Part shown: one piece after another, positions 1-13,261 of the stretch
How positions within the stretch are numbered: the first letter of the stretch is position 1
Layout: every line of letters starts with the position of its first letter
From: Antedon mediterranea
Taxonomy: Eukaryota; Animalia; Echinodermata
Assembly (NCBI RefSeq): GCF_964355755.1
Contig: NC_092680.1
Location: 16,625,045-16,689,044 of the forward strand
DNA: 64,000 nucleotides
Direction of reading: 5' to 3'
Program-made: the position numbers and the translations under genes
Notes under the pieces: model-generated
Told to the model about the DNA's origin: nothing
What the model saw: only the letters and a program-made list of their open reading frames with translations
Database searches by the model: none

Positions 1-1164
1 GCGAGAAAGTTTTGAATGAAAGCAAAGCCGATAGATTAACCAAAAATGACATATCAGACAATTACTTCGTATTGTAACAGGAGGTCCAATGTACACATGT
101 GGCTCGGGTGCATTCCAAGAAACTGAGAGTAGATGGTTACCCATCCCAGTGCATCCGTGCATTGGACCATGTCATGTATTCATTTCGAGCCAAGTCTGCC
201 CCAAGTCAACTCGACCTCATGGCAACTCGAAAACATTATATTTTAATTTCAGATTGAGAATGTATCTAAAAACAAACAATATACCTTCAACAAATAATAC
301 AGATGTACATCATCATGGGAAGAGTAAAGTTAAAATTGTAATTTCACTTTTTTCATTGTAAGCAATTAGGAATACAAATCTAATTAATTGATTATATTAT
401 TATTGTGGGCATTCACTATGTTAATCAGTGACAAGATCACAATCTAATGAATAATCTTTGCACAAGGTCAATGAAGGATTATAATATATCATGAAATCTG
501 AATACCATTATCGTCTTTATATAATATGTTTTCATGGTAAAATGAAAACATTCGTTTCCTGAAAAAAAAAACGGCCTTTAGTTTTATAGAAAACTAAAAA
601 AGAAATTATTGAGTTTCTTTGTGGTACTAAACACAACATTAATGATGCTACCAATTTATTTTAAATTTAATGTATTTTTAAAAATATTGCAAATTATTTC
701 GAGAACACAATGTGAACCGACCTTTTTCGTACAGCGAATTATTTAATTACGTTAAGATCAACATGTTTGGAGATAAGAAGCGATGCTATAGATTTGTAAA
801 AGTCATTTCATTTGAAGACAGATTAATGAATTCACTGAGTGGTAAACGAGAGATCTAAGCGGAAGGATGTCTTTTAATGCTCTCTTAGGCCATCTTCTAA
901 GTACTCTTACTATGTTAAGTTTGATTGCAATCACGACAGCTTGAAAATAATAGATTACAGTAATATAAATAAATATTCAAAATTCAGCAATCATTGTCTT
1001 CATATTGTCAAGGGAAGGGTCAACATTATTATATAACAGTAATAACTAAATTAGCAGTTACTGCAGTTACTGCAGTAAGTACATTTTGTTTACTCTATAA
1101 CATGTTTATATAGCAGCATTCCGTTAGGCCTGTCGCTCATTTCTTTCATCTGTATTGAAAGAAA

Positions 1165-1820
1165 TCATGATCATCATCATAACCATCATCATTATCATAA
1201 TCATCATTATCATCATCACAATCATAATCATAACCATCATCATCATCATCATCATCATCATCACCGTAACCATCATCATTATCATCTTAACCATCATCAT
1301 TAGCATCATAACCATCATCATTAGCATCATAATTATCATCATCACAATCATCATCATAACCATCATCATCATAATCATCATCATAATCATAATCGTCATC
1401 ATAACGATCATCATCATTACCATAACCATCATCATTATCATCATAACCATCATCATTACTATCATAATTATCATCATCATAATCATAATTATCATCATCA
1501 TAACCATCATCATCATAACCATCATCATCATAACCATCATCACTATCATCATAACCATCATCATTACTATCATAATTATCATCATCATAATCATAACCAT
1601 CATCATCATAACCATCATCATCATAACCATCATCATCATAACCATCATCACTATCATCATAACCATCATCATTACTATCATAATTATCATCATCATAATC
1701 ATCATCATCATAATCATCATCATCATAACCATCATCATCATCATAACCATCATCATTATCACCATAACCATCATCATCACCATAACCATCATCATCATAA
1801 CCATCATCATTATCATCATC
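1165..1820. repeat. Long degenerate (ATC/ATA/ACC)n trinucleotide microsatellite
   Basis: About 650 bp of atcatc/ataacc/ataatc triplets. It explains the poly-Ile and poly-Met ORFs in the track. Confidence 0.97.
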
Positions 1821-2524
1821 AGCGGCATTATGTTAGTCTACTCTAACGTTGTGAAATTGTTTTCAAGTAAAAAAATAGAATTACATACATGAAGATGCTT
1901 TTCTTGACAATTCCTCTCCAGCTTTCTTGACTATCCGAACGAAAACACAATATGAATTTCATATGGTAAATTAGGTTACGTGATTTAGTGTCAACCTTTT
2001 TTGTTTTCAAAATGATTTAGTTTCGTATTACTCTTGTTCAGATTGAATTCTTCTATTATTATGTGGCATTCTTTATTTAAACCATTACTTTTATTTCTTT
2101 GAAAAAGTGTATATGCACATTACTTCCGTCAATCCACCGTGACATTGTTTGGGGAATCAACTTAACGGCATTATACTTATACTGGATAGCAAGTTCAATC
2201 ACATCTATAGAAGACTTTTGTCAGAAGTAGTTAATCACTTCGCTAAAATCTAAGCTACTGACGTCACTAAATCCATGATATTTGTTCATGTTATTCGAAT
2301 ACTAGCTATACAAATCCACTGTTTTTATTTGGTGCGTTCATACTGCTGCAGATTATGTATTTTTACAATTATTTCAATCTGATAATGGAATTGCCATTAG
2401 CTACAGCCACCTGCTTGTCTGCTAAATTTAGCGCGCTTTGATGTATTGTTACTGAAAGAATAGTTTGCGATACATTGTCGTTTGGATAGATATTTTTGTT
2501 CGTTTCAATTGAAAATCTCACTAA

Positions 2525-2681
2525 AGCTTGGTTCCTTTTAGGACGCAACGCAAGGACGTAAGCGCAGCGCAAATAATTTTAACTATCACGACGCGATGTA
2601 CTATCCGCCGAACTGTTGCTTGTGATTGGTCAAATTACTTGCTTAGCGCTTACGTCCTTGTGTTATAGTGGGAACCAAGCA
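2525..2681. mobile_element. MITE family 1 (TIR agcttggttcccact...; PIF/Harbinger-like) copy
   Basis: Ends aagcttggttcc / ggaaccaagc, with internal gacgcaacgcaaggacgtaa motifs shared with about 10 other copies in the window. Confidence 0.85.
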
Positions 2682-2810
2682 TTAGATTGAATATTTTCTA
2701 GCAAATGCCTACTTGTTTATTTTCTGTGTGCGTAACTTCAAATTACTCATCCGATTCTGGATTCTTGCAACCAAGCAAGATTGGTATTAATCTTTTCCGG
2801 ATATTCTATC

Positions 2811-3492
2811 ATTATATAACATCTAAATAAATGCCTGTCATTTGGTTGGACGATTGTGGGTCACATGGCGTGCAATAGTACGCACTATTAAATGATCGTT
2901 TAATAGTACTTTAAATTTAAATTAGTAGTAGGTTTTAGTATTTTTATTTATTAATGGGAACATCTCTACAAGACGTGGAATCGTTGGAAAAAACATAATT
3001 AGCCTAGATGATTGCCTGTCGAAATTTCGTATTGCTGTCTTTCAGCCTAGACCTAGTAGTAGGCCTAGGCCTGTTAATATTAGGCTAGACCTAGGCGTTT
3101 TAACCTTGCTATGCCTAGTATTATTTGGTCGTTTGTTGACATAATTAACACTAACAGTAGGTGCGTTTATGAAATACATATAAATAATAATAATAATTAA
3201 TATAATTATTAAAAACCAAATGTTACTGTTTTAATCAATGGGAATCAAAAGCAGGCCTTGGCTAGGCCTACCTTTTTATTGATTCAAATGACAGGAATCT
3301 ATTTAGATGTTATATAAAACAAATAATGAATGTTTTATATTCGTGTAATGGTACAAATAATTGCATTTGGTGAATGGTGGAAGGTTATATATCAACTCGG
3401 CTGTCGCCTCGTTGAAATATAACATTATCATTCACCTCATGCCATTATTTGTACCATTACACGAATATAAAACATTCATTATTTGTATAATA
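2811..3492. mobile_element. Non-autonomous element with two abutting inverted-repeat pairs
   Basis: 2811-2845 (ttatataacatctaaataaatgcctgtcattt) is inverted at about 3285-3317. 3318-3370 (acaaataatgaatgttttatattcgtgtaatggtacaaataa) is inverted at about 3440-3490. Related fragments occur at 5815-5875, 6230-6430 and 61742-61785. Confidence 0.75.
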
Positions 3493-4444
3493 AATGGTAG
3501 TATTTGAAAGCACTAACACTAACAATGTTTCATTTTATTTGTGTGTCAGTCATAGTGTACTGAAAATGTTCGTGTCATATTTAAATTCACTGAATGATTT
3601 AAGAGATAGTTTCTATAAAGTTTACCTGTTCATATGGGTTTTAATGTAAAGAAAATCTCAGTTTCTATCCTAATCAAGAAAGAGATTGCATTTTAATGAT
3701 TTCTGAGTTTTTAATGTCCCTATAGTATATTTTAGTACGTGATGATTATTGTCAGAAAGGTTGCTTGCATGGAGTTGGAAACCTTTTAAATGTATTTTAT
3801 AGTTCATACTCTTTGATAGAAAATGTGTGGGAGCGACAACATATCTTATTTTATATACCCTTTAGGAACCTTTAATACTAAATTAGGCATAAATGTAAAG
3901 TAAGTGGGCATATTCAGTCAGTGGGCTTTTAATGATTCTGTCTGAATTATATTATGCAAAATATCACAGTAATAATATTTTATTGATTTTATAGTTTCTT
4001 TCTATAGTATACGGTACTTTCTACTACATTAGCATTTCAATATTGTAAATATTCGATATGCGTATTGTAGTCACCCGATTATCGGCATTGCAAGCCACTC
4101 TATCTAGAATATCACAGCGTAACATGTATTTCCTAGTATAATGTAGCTTAGCCCTTAACCTAACCTTACACGATGCAGGTACCGCATATGATACAAATTA
4201 GATGATGTATTTCCAAATAGTCCTATAATACTGGGTATATATTGTAGTAAGTGGAAATATAACACTGAGAAACGAATAGGTCAAACTCTGATGCTAATGC
4301 TATCAACAACCTTCCTTGCAGCCAAAAATAGAACATAAATGTAAGCCTTGATATTCATTTATATAATTATAAAATTGGCATACAAAATACAGCACCTGAA
4401 CGCTGTAGGCATTTTTCGCCGATTTTTTTTTATGTACTGACCCA

Positions 4445-4760
4445 CGGCGTGTGGCGCAGGGTATTGGACGTTCGACTACTGATCGTGAGATCGAGGTTCG
4501 AATCCAACTCTCGCCGCATTGCTGGTATCCTTAGGCACAAGATACTTTACTTACGTTTGCCTCTCTCCACCCAGGTGTGTAAATGGGAACCCGGTTAGAC
4601 CAAGACACAACTTTGGGCTGATTACTAGCTGCATTATGGGAGTATGTTTCCATACGTGTTTGATCCAAACAAATGACTGGGATAATAATGTTCAGCTCTT
4701 AGAGGTTTCACAACATTAAGCGCTATATCAATCCAGGATATTATTATTATTATTATTATT
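4445..4760 (+). mobile_element. tRNA-derived SINE with conserved central domain and L2-type 3' tail
   Basis: A box tggcgcagggta, B box ggttcgaatcc, central gcctctctccacccaggtgtgtaaatggg motif (Meta-SINE-like from recall), tail cagctcttagag...aagcgctata followed by (att)n. Confidence 0.85.
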
Positions 4761-7700
4761 AACTCTCAATATCATTTTTTTAATTAATTATAATTCAACT
4801 TGATTAGTATTTTGGCGAATGTTTATGAATGTTTAAAGTTTATTCTCAAATTGAAGTTGACATTTTCATCGGAACACGAAGAAATAAATCTTCATAATCT
4901 AACTACTACGGCGCTACAATGTATTGCGCCACCTATCGTTTAAGTGTTTTACATCACTTTGATCATCAAATTCAACATTCATAATGAATCTGATTGCAAT
5001 CTTATATTTATTGTTTTTCTTTCTGGAACATAGAGACCTATGTAAGGTTATTAAGTTTCTATTAACTCCAGGCCACATCACTATTAATATTCATTAACGT
5101 ATAGCTAATTATCTCGTCTTATTTCAATCTACGACAGAGTACAACTGTCAAGTTGTACAGAATTTTGGAGGAATGCAGGGGTACATATCTCTACTGAAAG
5201 TGTAGGATAAGACATTTGATATACATGATGCCGAGTAATTGTTATGTGATGGACATTTAGAACAATGTAATGCATGCAAAATTCAGTCTTTCCAGGGAAG
5301 GGTACACTCCTTCGAGGTCTTGCACAAATATTATTAACAAATGATACAAATATCCCATAATAAGTAAATCTTGGCTCTTACAACTCAGATGAGAGATCTG
5401 AAATACGATGCCAGTTTTAAAATAAATACTTTACTGTATCACTTAAATCTGTAAACATAGCATTTTGCACAGTCTACTATTAATAAATGTCATGAAACGT
5501 ATTATTCACTTCATAGGTTGTAAAAGATTTTATCGGTAGATTAGCCGGTTGTTTTGTCGGCTGGTTGGGTGGTTCAATGTCCACTCTGTTGGTCATTCAA
5601 CTAATTGGAATATTGTGGATTATTTTGGTTGATTTACGAATTCTTGCCAGTCCATTATCCGGAACAGGTCCTTCTGATTTACAACTAAGTCTAAATTAAG
5701 TTAAAATAATACGTGTGTCTGTCAGATAGGCCTAATGATGTTCCAAATCGCCGATTAGTAGTATTTTTCTATTTTATCGAGGCGACAGCCGATTTAAAAA
5801 AGAATTTTATATTTCACCGAATGAAATTATTTGTACCATTGCATGAATACAAAACATTCATTAATTGTTTTATACATGTCATCAACCGAAACATATTTGT
5901 AGGCCTAGTAGGTTACGCTTAGTGTAGAGGCAGAATACGAAAAATTGCCAGGCAACTGATTCCACTTTTTTTAAAGTGTTTTTTTCACTTTGGAATACGA
6001 ATTTAAATTACTTTAATGTATTTGACAATACATTCTATCTTGAACTTTAACTTAAACTAATTGTAATTAATCAAAATCATATAAACTATCTCAAGCTAAT
6101 GCTTTTTGGTATAAATTCGCTCTACAAATTAATGTTACTATACCAAATTACTAAATGGAGTGTTATTTCTACAAATGAAAAAATAGGTGGTGCTATTGAA
6201 TGACCCTTTGTCGTTCGCTATGATCGTTTAATAGTATATAATAATGAATGTTTATTGATGATATGTATGCGTAATAATATAAATAATGTAAAGAAGTGAA
6301 AGTGAAAAAAAACGTATATTTAAATATAGTTTATTTTTTATCATGTGACCCACAATCTTCCAATTAAATGACAGGAATCCATTTAGCGTCTATTGAACGC
6401 CATGTGACCACAATTGTCCAATCAATTGGTACAAATATATTTGTGTGTTTTAGGCCTAACATTAAAATTGTATTTTTTAATAATCATAATCGCTTTTTGT
6501 GTAGATGTGATAGAATTATAGTATGATGTGAGAAGTATTGCAATTCTTCAAAATTGAGTGGTTTAAGTCTAAGATAAATTAATTCAGCCAAAACTTTAAA
6601 TTGATGACCGAATTAAATAAATCAATAGACTAAACGTTTGATAGGCTGTCGACAACGTAGAGATATACAGCAAATGCAGAATTATTCAATACCTTATAAT
6701 TGTTATGCATTAAAATCGCTGCACGAAAATAATTATGACCTAGCTCTCGTCATTTCTGAGTTCGTTGCCTTCAAGTCTCAATGAAAGTAACATGCTCGCG
6801 TCCAATCTGTATAGTTTATACATGTATATTCAGCGTATTTGAGTTATTCTATACTATACGTTGGAATTGAATTTCTATCGTACGTTGCTTTGCGTGTTTT
6901 ATGCTGCAGTTTTAATGGCAACCGCATCTAGTTTTAATGTTCACGCGTGGTGGAACGTCTAATCTAAATGAATAGTTTGGCAGCATAAAAGGTAACTGTT
7001 TTTAAAAGTATTAATTTTCAATTATTTGCCCTAAGTGTTAATCTCTATGACGCAATTTTTCAGCAGTAGCTGATGAATAACAATTTACATTGTGGTGTGC
7101 AATATAATGCGCAATTTCCACGTTAGAAAATCACCGCATATACGGAAGATAAGATTATCGTTTCTCTCATATTTACAACATTTTAAAACACTTCAATGCT
7201 GTATAAACGGTTATTTGTATATCGGAAGAGTGCTGTATCTTTTTTATTACCATTTCGTCCAAAAATTGATTGAGAGATATCTGGCTCATTTGTGTTACAG
7301 CGAATACAGCTTCTACTCTGAATTTGCATATGGTGCATTGTATGTTATTATTGATGCTATGCTCTGGTCAAATAAATAGAATAGATGAAGTGAACCTCCA
7401 GATTGTTCATTTGTATAAAGCCAGCGTAGAAATGAACAGTAGATCAAAGAGTAGATTAATAATAGATATATGCTGCTCCGAACAATTTTATTTTAAGAAT
7501 TACTTAAAATCACTGTTGTACATACCGTACTTATTATTGCGTGCGTTAGGTATTTCTCTCATGCAAATGACATATGTAATCAATGTAAAATTGCAATTAA
7601 TCGGATCTTGGTGGGGTACACATGTGTGTGTTTGTTTCTAATAATAACCAATGCTTCATAATACAGTGTAATAGACCTATATATAATTATAGGAGCTGTC

Positions 7701-8773
7701 ATATACATGGCGAACGTCACCTTTGTAGTTCAGTTCCCCAGTTCTGTGTAGATTTTTGTTTTGTGATATGGAATATAAAAATGACTAAAAGGACGAACCT
7801 TATAAGCTCAATAAACCCAATATTGAAATAGTCTAAAGCGCTGTTATATTGGTATAATTAAACAAACAAATGTAGTATATTAAAAAGCGCACTCATGTTT
7901 GAAACGTGCATTAAATATTGTATCAGATGATCTTCGCACAAAATAAACATAACATTTAATGCTTAATTAAAGTCCTGAGCTCCAAGACTCAAATACTCTT
8001 TGGAATGCTTTATCAAAAAGTATTTTAATACCTCATTTACATTCAATAGTATTCATATTAAATTGTATGTAACCTATACATTTATATTACTATACTTTAT
8101 GCATTGTAATCGATCTTTCTTGTATTTCTTTCGTATTGGCCGTTTCAGGTGATTAAATATACTTACTGTATAAATAACACATTTATTCGTAGTCCAACGT
8201 GTGGAAATATGCAATGTAAATGACTAAGTAAACACTTATACTGTGTCTATTCACCCGGTTCTCGGTACTGTATCTGTTTAGCAAAGATGCTTTTAGCTTA
8301 TTGATTATTACAATGTTATGCGACACGCATTACACTGATTACATAGATTGATTGAACATTCCTACGCTATCGTTAAATCAACTCGTGTGCATTTGTCTCT
8401 TCTTCCAACATCTCCCTAGAAAATATTATTTACTCAGACGCTATACACACTATACAGCATGTATGTAAATCAACATCTTATAGATAATTGCCTACTTTTC
8501 ATATTCTGTATACCTCAGGGTTATAAGCAATTGTATATGTAAATCAGCCCATTATGCGTAGAAAAACAACGATTGGCTTGTAACTTCTTTCTTCTTCTTA
8601 ATTAGAATCTTTGCCAATTTAAAATAACGCTTTGATTGTGACTCACGGTCACTCCTCACTAACGCGTTGACGTATGATATTTAGGTCTAAATCTATTGTG
8701 TTAATTAGCTTATTCAGAACATGGTTCATTATATTGACTTAACTTGATTTGTTTTTCTTTTTTTGTTTTGCAG

Positions 8774-9609
8774 TGTCCTCTACAGTTTTGGTGGGAATTT
8801 TTGCAGCTTCGTTTACAGTTTTCATATTTCTTGTGGTTGGTTTCTATCATTACTGTCGACGTCGTAAACAGTCGCCATTTTCAAGCAACTCGAATCGGTC
8901 ATATGTAACGAAGAGTTATTGCGCAAAGACAAGCAGACCCCCGAGCAGTCCTGAAAGTCTATCGTCTCCAGAGTTTCCTTCTGATTACGCTCCGTCAATG
9001 TCATCACTCCATCCGTCCCAGTCATTTTCGTCACAATCTATATCATCGCTTGAACGTAAACTAACTGTTAAAAATAGGACATTCTCTGGGAGTACAGGAA
9101 GCATGATTGATCCAACGACATTGAATAAAGATTGTTATTCGGAAGATGGCTTCGAAAGTAGTTGTGCCATTGAGGAAGCACCACCATCTCCGAGACTGAT
9201 AGAGCCCGGTGCGCTAGGAGAGCTCGACTTCACCGTCGAATACAACTCGGCTAGGCAGACGTTCCTTGTGACTATACACAAAGCAAGTAATCTACCTAAG
9301 CGGGATCCATTGGCATCTGGTTGTACTTCAGATCCGTACGTCAAGCTGTATCTTCTACCAGAAAAGAAGCATAAAGTAAAGACGAGGGTAATGAGAAAGA
9401 CATCCGATCCCGTGTATGAAGAAACTTTCTCATTTTATAATCTGGAGTACTACCAGCTTCAAGGAATAACCCTGCATTTTGTGATCATGAGCTTCGATCG
9501 ATTCTCGCGTGACCAACTTATTGGCGAGGTCGTTGTCTCCACGGCGAATGTAGACCTTGGCCAAGGTCCTGTCCACATGACAAAAGATATAACGCCTAGA
9601 AAACCAAGG
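8774..9609 (+). CDS. SYT4: Synaptotagmin-4/11-like, exon with TM helix, linker and C2A domain
   Basis: Acceptor ttttgttttgcag (phase 1) and donor agg|gtaagt (phase 0). TM VLVGIFAASFTVFIFLVVGFY; C2A motifs LGELDFTVEYN, SDPYVKLYLLPEKKHKVKTRV and SFDRFSRD, typical of Syt4/11. Confidence 0.93.
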
Positions 9610-11881
9610 GTAAGTAATATTTCTTCTGATTGATTTTTGTAATTTTGTTTGATCTTGCGTTAAATCTTTGCTATATTACATTGGCTGCAACTTTAATTTA
9701 TTTAAATTACTAAGTTTTGATATTTGTTTTTTTCCGCTTACTTTTTTTTTGTTATTAGGTAATCTTTTTGTTGGAAAAAGATCACCTATTGTTATTTTAC
9801 AAAATCGTTATTTTTCTTTTTCTTTGTTTATTTTGTGGTCCGATTATTTAAAAAAATTTCAATTAATTGTAAATGTTCACAATATCTTATAACAACAACA
9901 GCTCGGCCACTGACTCGCTTCAATTCAAATGACGTCACCATATCAAACAAATTGATAATTTCTCCTAATGTATATTTAATGTTTATAACTTTTTATTAAA
10001 GGTGTTGTATTGTAGAATATGAATCCATGTAGACATTCTGCATATCGGAAGTTTGACGTCATCATGGCCATCTGAATTTAAAAAGTATTATTTTCATTCA
10101 TCACATTCAAAAGAGGGCGCATCTCGCTTTGTGTATTCTTGCTTAGACAATTATTTTCTAAAATTGTTAACTTCATTTTCATTTTAATGACGAAATGTCA
10201 AAAATTGGAATGTATGATAGACCTGTATTCAGCAATTGGTAGACGACGGTAATAAAGCATAGAATTCCACTGAGACTGAAAGACAGTGAAAACACAAATT
10301 TGACTTCAACACGTTTACAACACAAACTACCGAGTGTAGTTTAGCTAGTAAACACCGACAATGTGCCTTACCTTTCCATTATTAATTTCATCAGAAAAAT
10401 TCAAACATTGTTGGCCACATGTCAAGATGACTAAAAAAACTGTGTTAAAATTCCACTAGAAATTTTACCTTTTCAATAAACTATAGTAGGAGCACGTGTT
10501 CCACTTCCAAATGTGGAACTTGTACCACACGCCATAATTCCGGAAGAACCACCCCATTCCATTATTGATAAACTTGGTCTGTAAGTACTTCACCATGGTC
10601 AGTTGATCTTCCAGGTTGAGTTATAATAAAGCCTATTCACAATGCCTCACGTCGATTATTATTATTATCACGAGGATAGCAAATTAATATAGGCCTGCAG
10701 ATTGTAGGCCTAATGATGATGGTAACTTACTTTACCTGTCGGAGTGCCACCTACAGTTATTACTATAGGTGGCACTCCGACGGTGCATACCTCAGGCAGT
10801 ATAACTTCCTTACATACAAAAAATTCCCTTCATAAAACAATTCTCCTCGAACAAAAAAAAAAACAATTGTTAATTGTGTCTCTTTGTACTGTGACACTGT
10901 GGCCTGTAATTAAAAATAAATATTTTGCGTGTATTATGAATGAAATCCTTCTTCCTAGTAAACTTCCAGATTATGTATTCATGAAAAAAGTTTGCCTATC
11001 GGATGTTGTGACGTCATCATCCGATCAGCTGAATAACAAACAATAGTTTTTAGATATCTTTCATCAAAGTGTACATCGCGCGTCAATTTTGTTATATAAA
11101 TATACATATTTATATAATATCTTTCTGCTGACAATTGAATATTGTCATCTTCATGTTTTATTGTGAAGACGTCATCATGCCAATACATAAGAATATAATG
11201 TGGATCCCGTAATTTTTAAGTGACGAATTAAAATCTGTTTTTTCAGACACTCCCGTTTCCATTCTTCATTACAACACTGAATTATTATCTTAAGTATGGT
11301 TATTAATATAACACATTTCAGTATTTACCTTTTGTGTAACATAAATATTACTGTTTTGCTATTTTTTGTGATGTTGTATTATTTGTTTTTAAATGATTTG
11401 TGTTATTGTTTCTCTTTCACATTGTAGAACTTTTCTTATAATATTTTTACTGATATTTGAATGTTGCATATGTTGTAAAAGATACTAATTACATAATATG
11501 TTTTAATAACTGAACATAATAGAGCATTGATAGCTCATTTAATTAACAATTCTCTGCTGCAGTGCGTTCCTCGTAATTACAATTGCATCTATTAGATGCA
11601 AATTCGTTTTACTAACGACAGGTTGAAATAAAAGATTGTTGTTCTCGAGTCTATAACCTGACCATTATGAACTTTCAATCGTAATATAATATGATAATCC
11701 ACCCACTCATAAATTATATACAGCCCACACATTATTTTTTTCCTGTAAACCTAACACTATCAAGATAGCAATCCTAGCCTAGTACACGATGTTGTTGATC
11801 AAAGGTTGAGAAAAAAACGTAATATTTTAGATTTGGAATTGTAAGAGAAAAGGGTTGGAATGTAGTATTCCTCAAATACCA

Positions 11882-12030
11882 CTGGTACGCAACGCAAGGA
11901 CGTAAGCGCAACGCACCGTGATTGATTTTAATCGTGGTTCCCATTTAGGACGCAACGCAGACGTAAGCGCAACTGGCGTAATTTGACCATTCACGACGTG
12001 ATGCATCATCCTAACTGTCGCTTGCGCTTT
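11882..12030. mobile_element. MITE family 1, partial or rearranged copies
   Basis: acgcaacgcaaggacgtaagcgcaac and cgtggttcccatttaggacgcaacgc motifs, without a complete TIR pair. Confidence 0.65.
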
Positions 12031-12173
12031 GTCATGTGAATTTCATTGTTACAAATTACCCACGTGACTAACGTAGTAATTACATGCGTATTTCAGGAGT
12101 ACATGTGCGTTAGTTGCTCTCATATCAAGCAACCAACATTAATAAAGGTAGAAAGCTATAAAACGGTCTGTTA

Positions 12174-12332
12174 AGCCGATTTTCCACTAGGCGAATTTGT
12201 TCGCGCGAATCGAAGGCGTCAGCTAATACGCATGCGTAGAGAAGGATTTGGAAGATGTAAACATGAATACACATGCGTACAAGCTGGCGCGTTCGATTCG
12301 CGCGAACAAATTCGCCTAGTGGAAAATCTGCT
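12174..12332. mobile_element. PIF/Harbinger-like MITE in synaptotagmin intron
   Basis: About 40 bp TIRs agccgattttccactaggcgaatttgttcgcgcgaatcgaa / ttcgattcgcgcgaacaaattcgcctagtggaaaatctgct, flanked by tta on both sides. Confidence 0.9.
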
Positions 12333-13134
12333 TTACAAACTACCGCTAATTTATACGAACTAGATTGAGAACGGAATGAATATTTTATTTTAGAATGATA
12401 CTTTGAAATGAACACAATCACATTCGAATTTATCATGAATGTCAGGTTGATCTTATTGAAACACAATATACAGTAAAAAGTACTGGACATTAAATGTACA
12501 TTTTGTTCACCCTATCGTCAAGAGTCATTTTGATTGATTGAAAGATGTATTTTTGTAACTTATAAACTATTATTTTCACGTCACGTGTATATACCTGCAG
12601 TCTCTACAAAAACAGCGTCTACAATCCACCCGGTTTTACGCGTGTGAACACGTACTCAAATCATTAAGTATCAATCTATACATCGGCAGCAACAGCTGGA
12701 AATACTTGTTTACAGACAGTTTTGTTTCTTGTATTTATAACTTAATATGCAGTCGTATTCCGCATGACTGTTTTCAACAGAAATTTGAATTAAGTAAATG
12801 AATAGTATGAAAAGGTCAAAGGTTTAAGAATTCGTTTTAATTAGTAATGCAACATGTAATGCAGCATAGTCTCATATTTGTGTAGTACACAAAATAAGAC
12901 GATAGTTATAAAATCAAATGAAAATATCTTTTGTCCTAGCCATGTAATTTTGGCGTATTATTAATATTTAACAACAGTTTCTTGTCTTGTAATTGACATT
13001 GAGGCGAAGCTTTTCTGGTTACAGGACGAGTTCTTTTCTCTTCCTGGAATTGCTGGTTAGAGCTGCATAAAATGAGTTCAATCAGGATAGAATTGATTTT
13101 GATGTTCTCTGTCTTGTTTTTTTTTTTTTTTAAG

Positions 13135-13261
13135 GTAGCGAAGAGTCAGGGTCGTGGTGAGCTACTAGTATCCCTAGGCTATCAACCGGCGCTCAATAAG
13201 CTAACTGTCGTCGTATTGAAGGCGAAAAATCTACCAAAGATGGATGTTACTGGGCTCTCTG
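13135..13261 (+). CDS. SYT4: Synaptotagmin-4/11-like, exon with start of C2B
   Basis: Poly-T tract plus aag acceptor (phase 0, matching the upstream donor). Encodes [42 protein letters not shown]; donor g|gtacgt (phase 1). Confidence 0.93.

Noticed and set aside
1124-1892. Poly-Met (234 aa) and poly-Ile (245 aa) ORFs
   Set aside because: By-products of the ATC microsatellite; no domain or splice context.
8749-8773. ORF-track start of the synaptotagmin exon (MFFFFCFA)
   Set aside because: It is the polypyrimidine tract and acceptor of an intron, and the start is a non-ATG codon.
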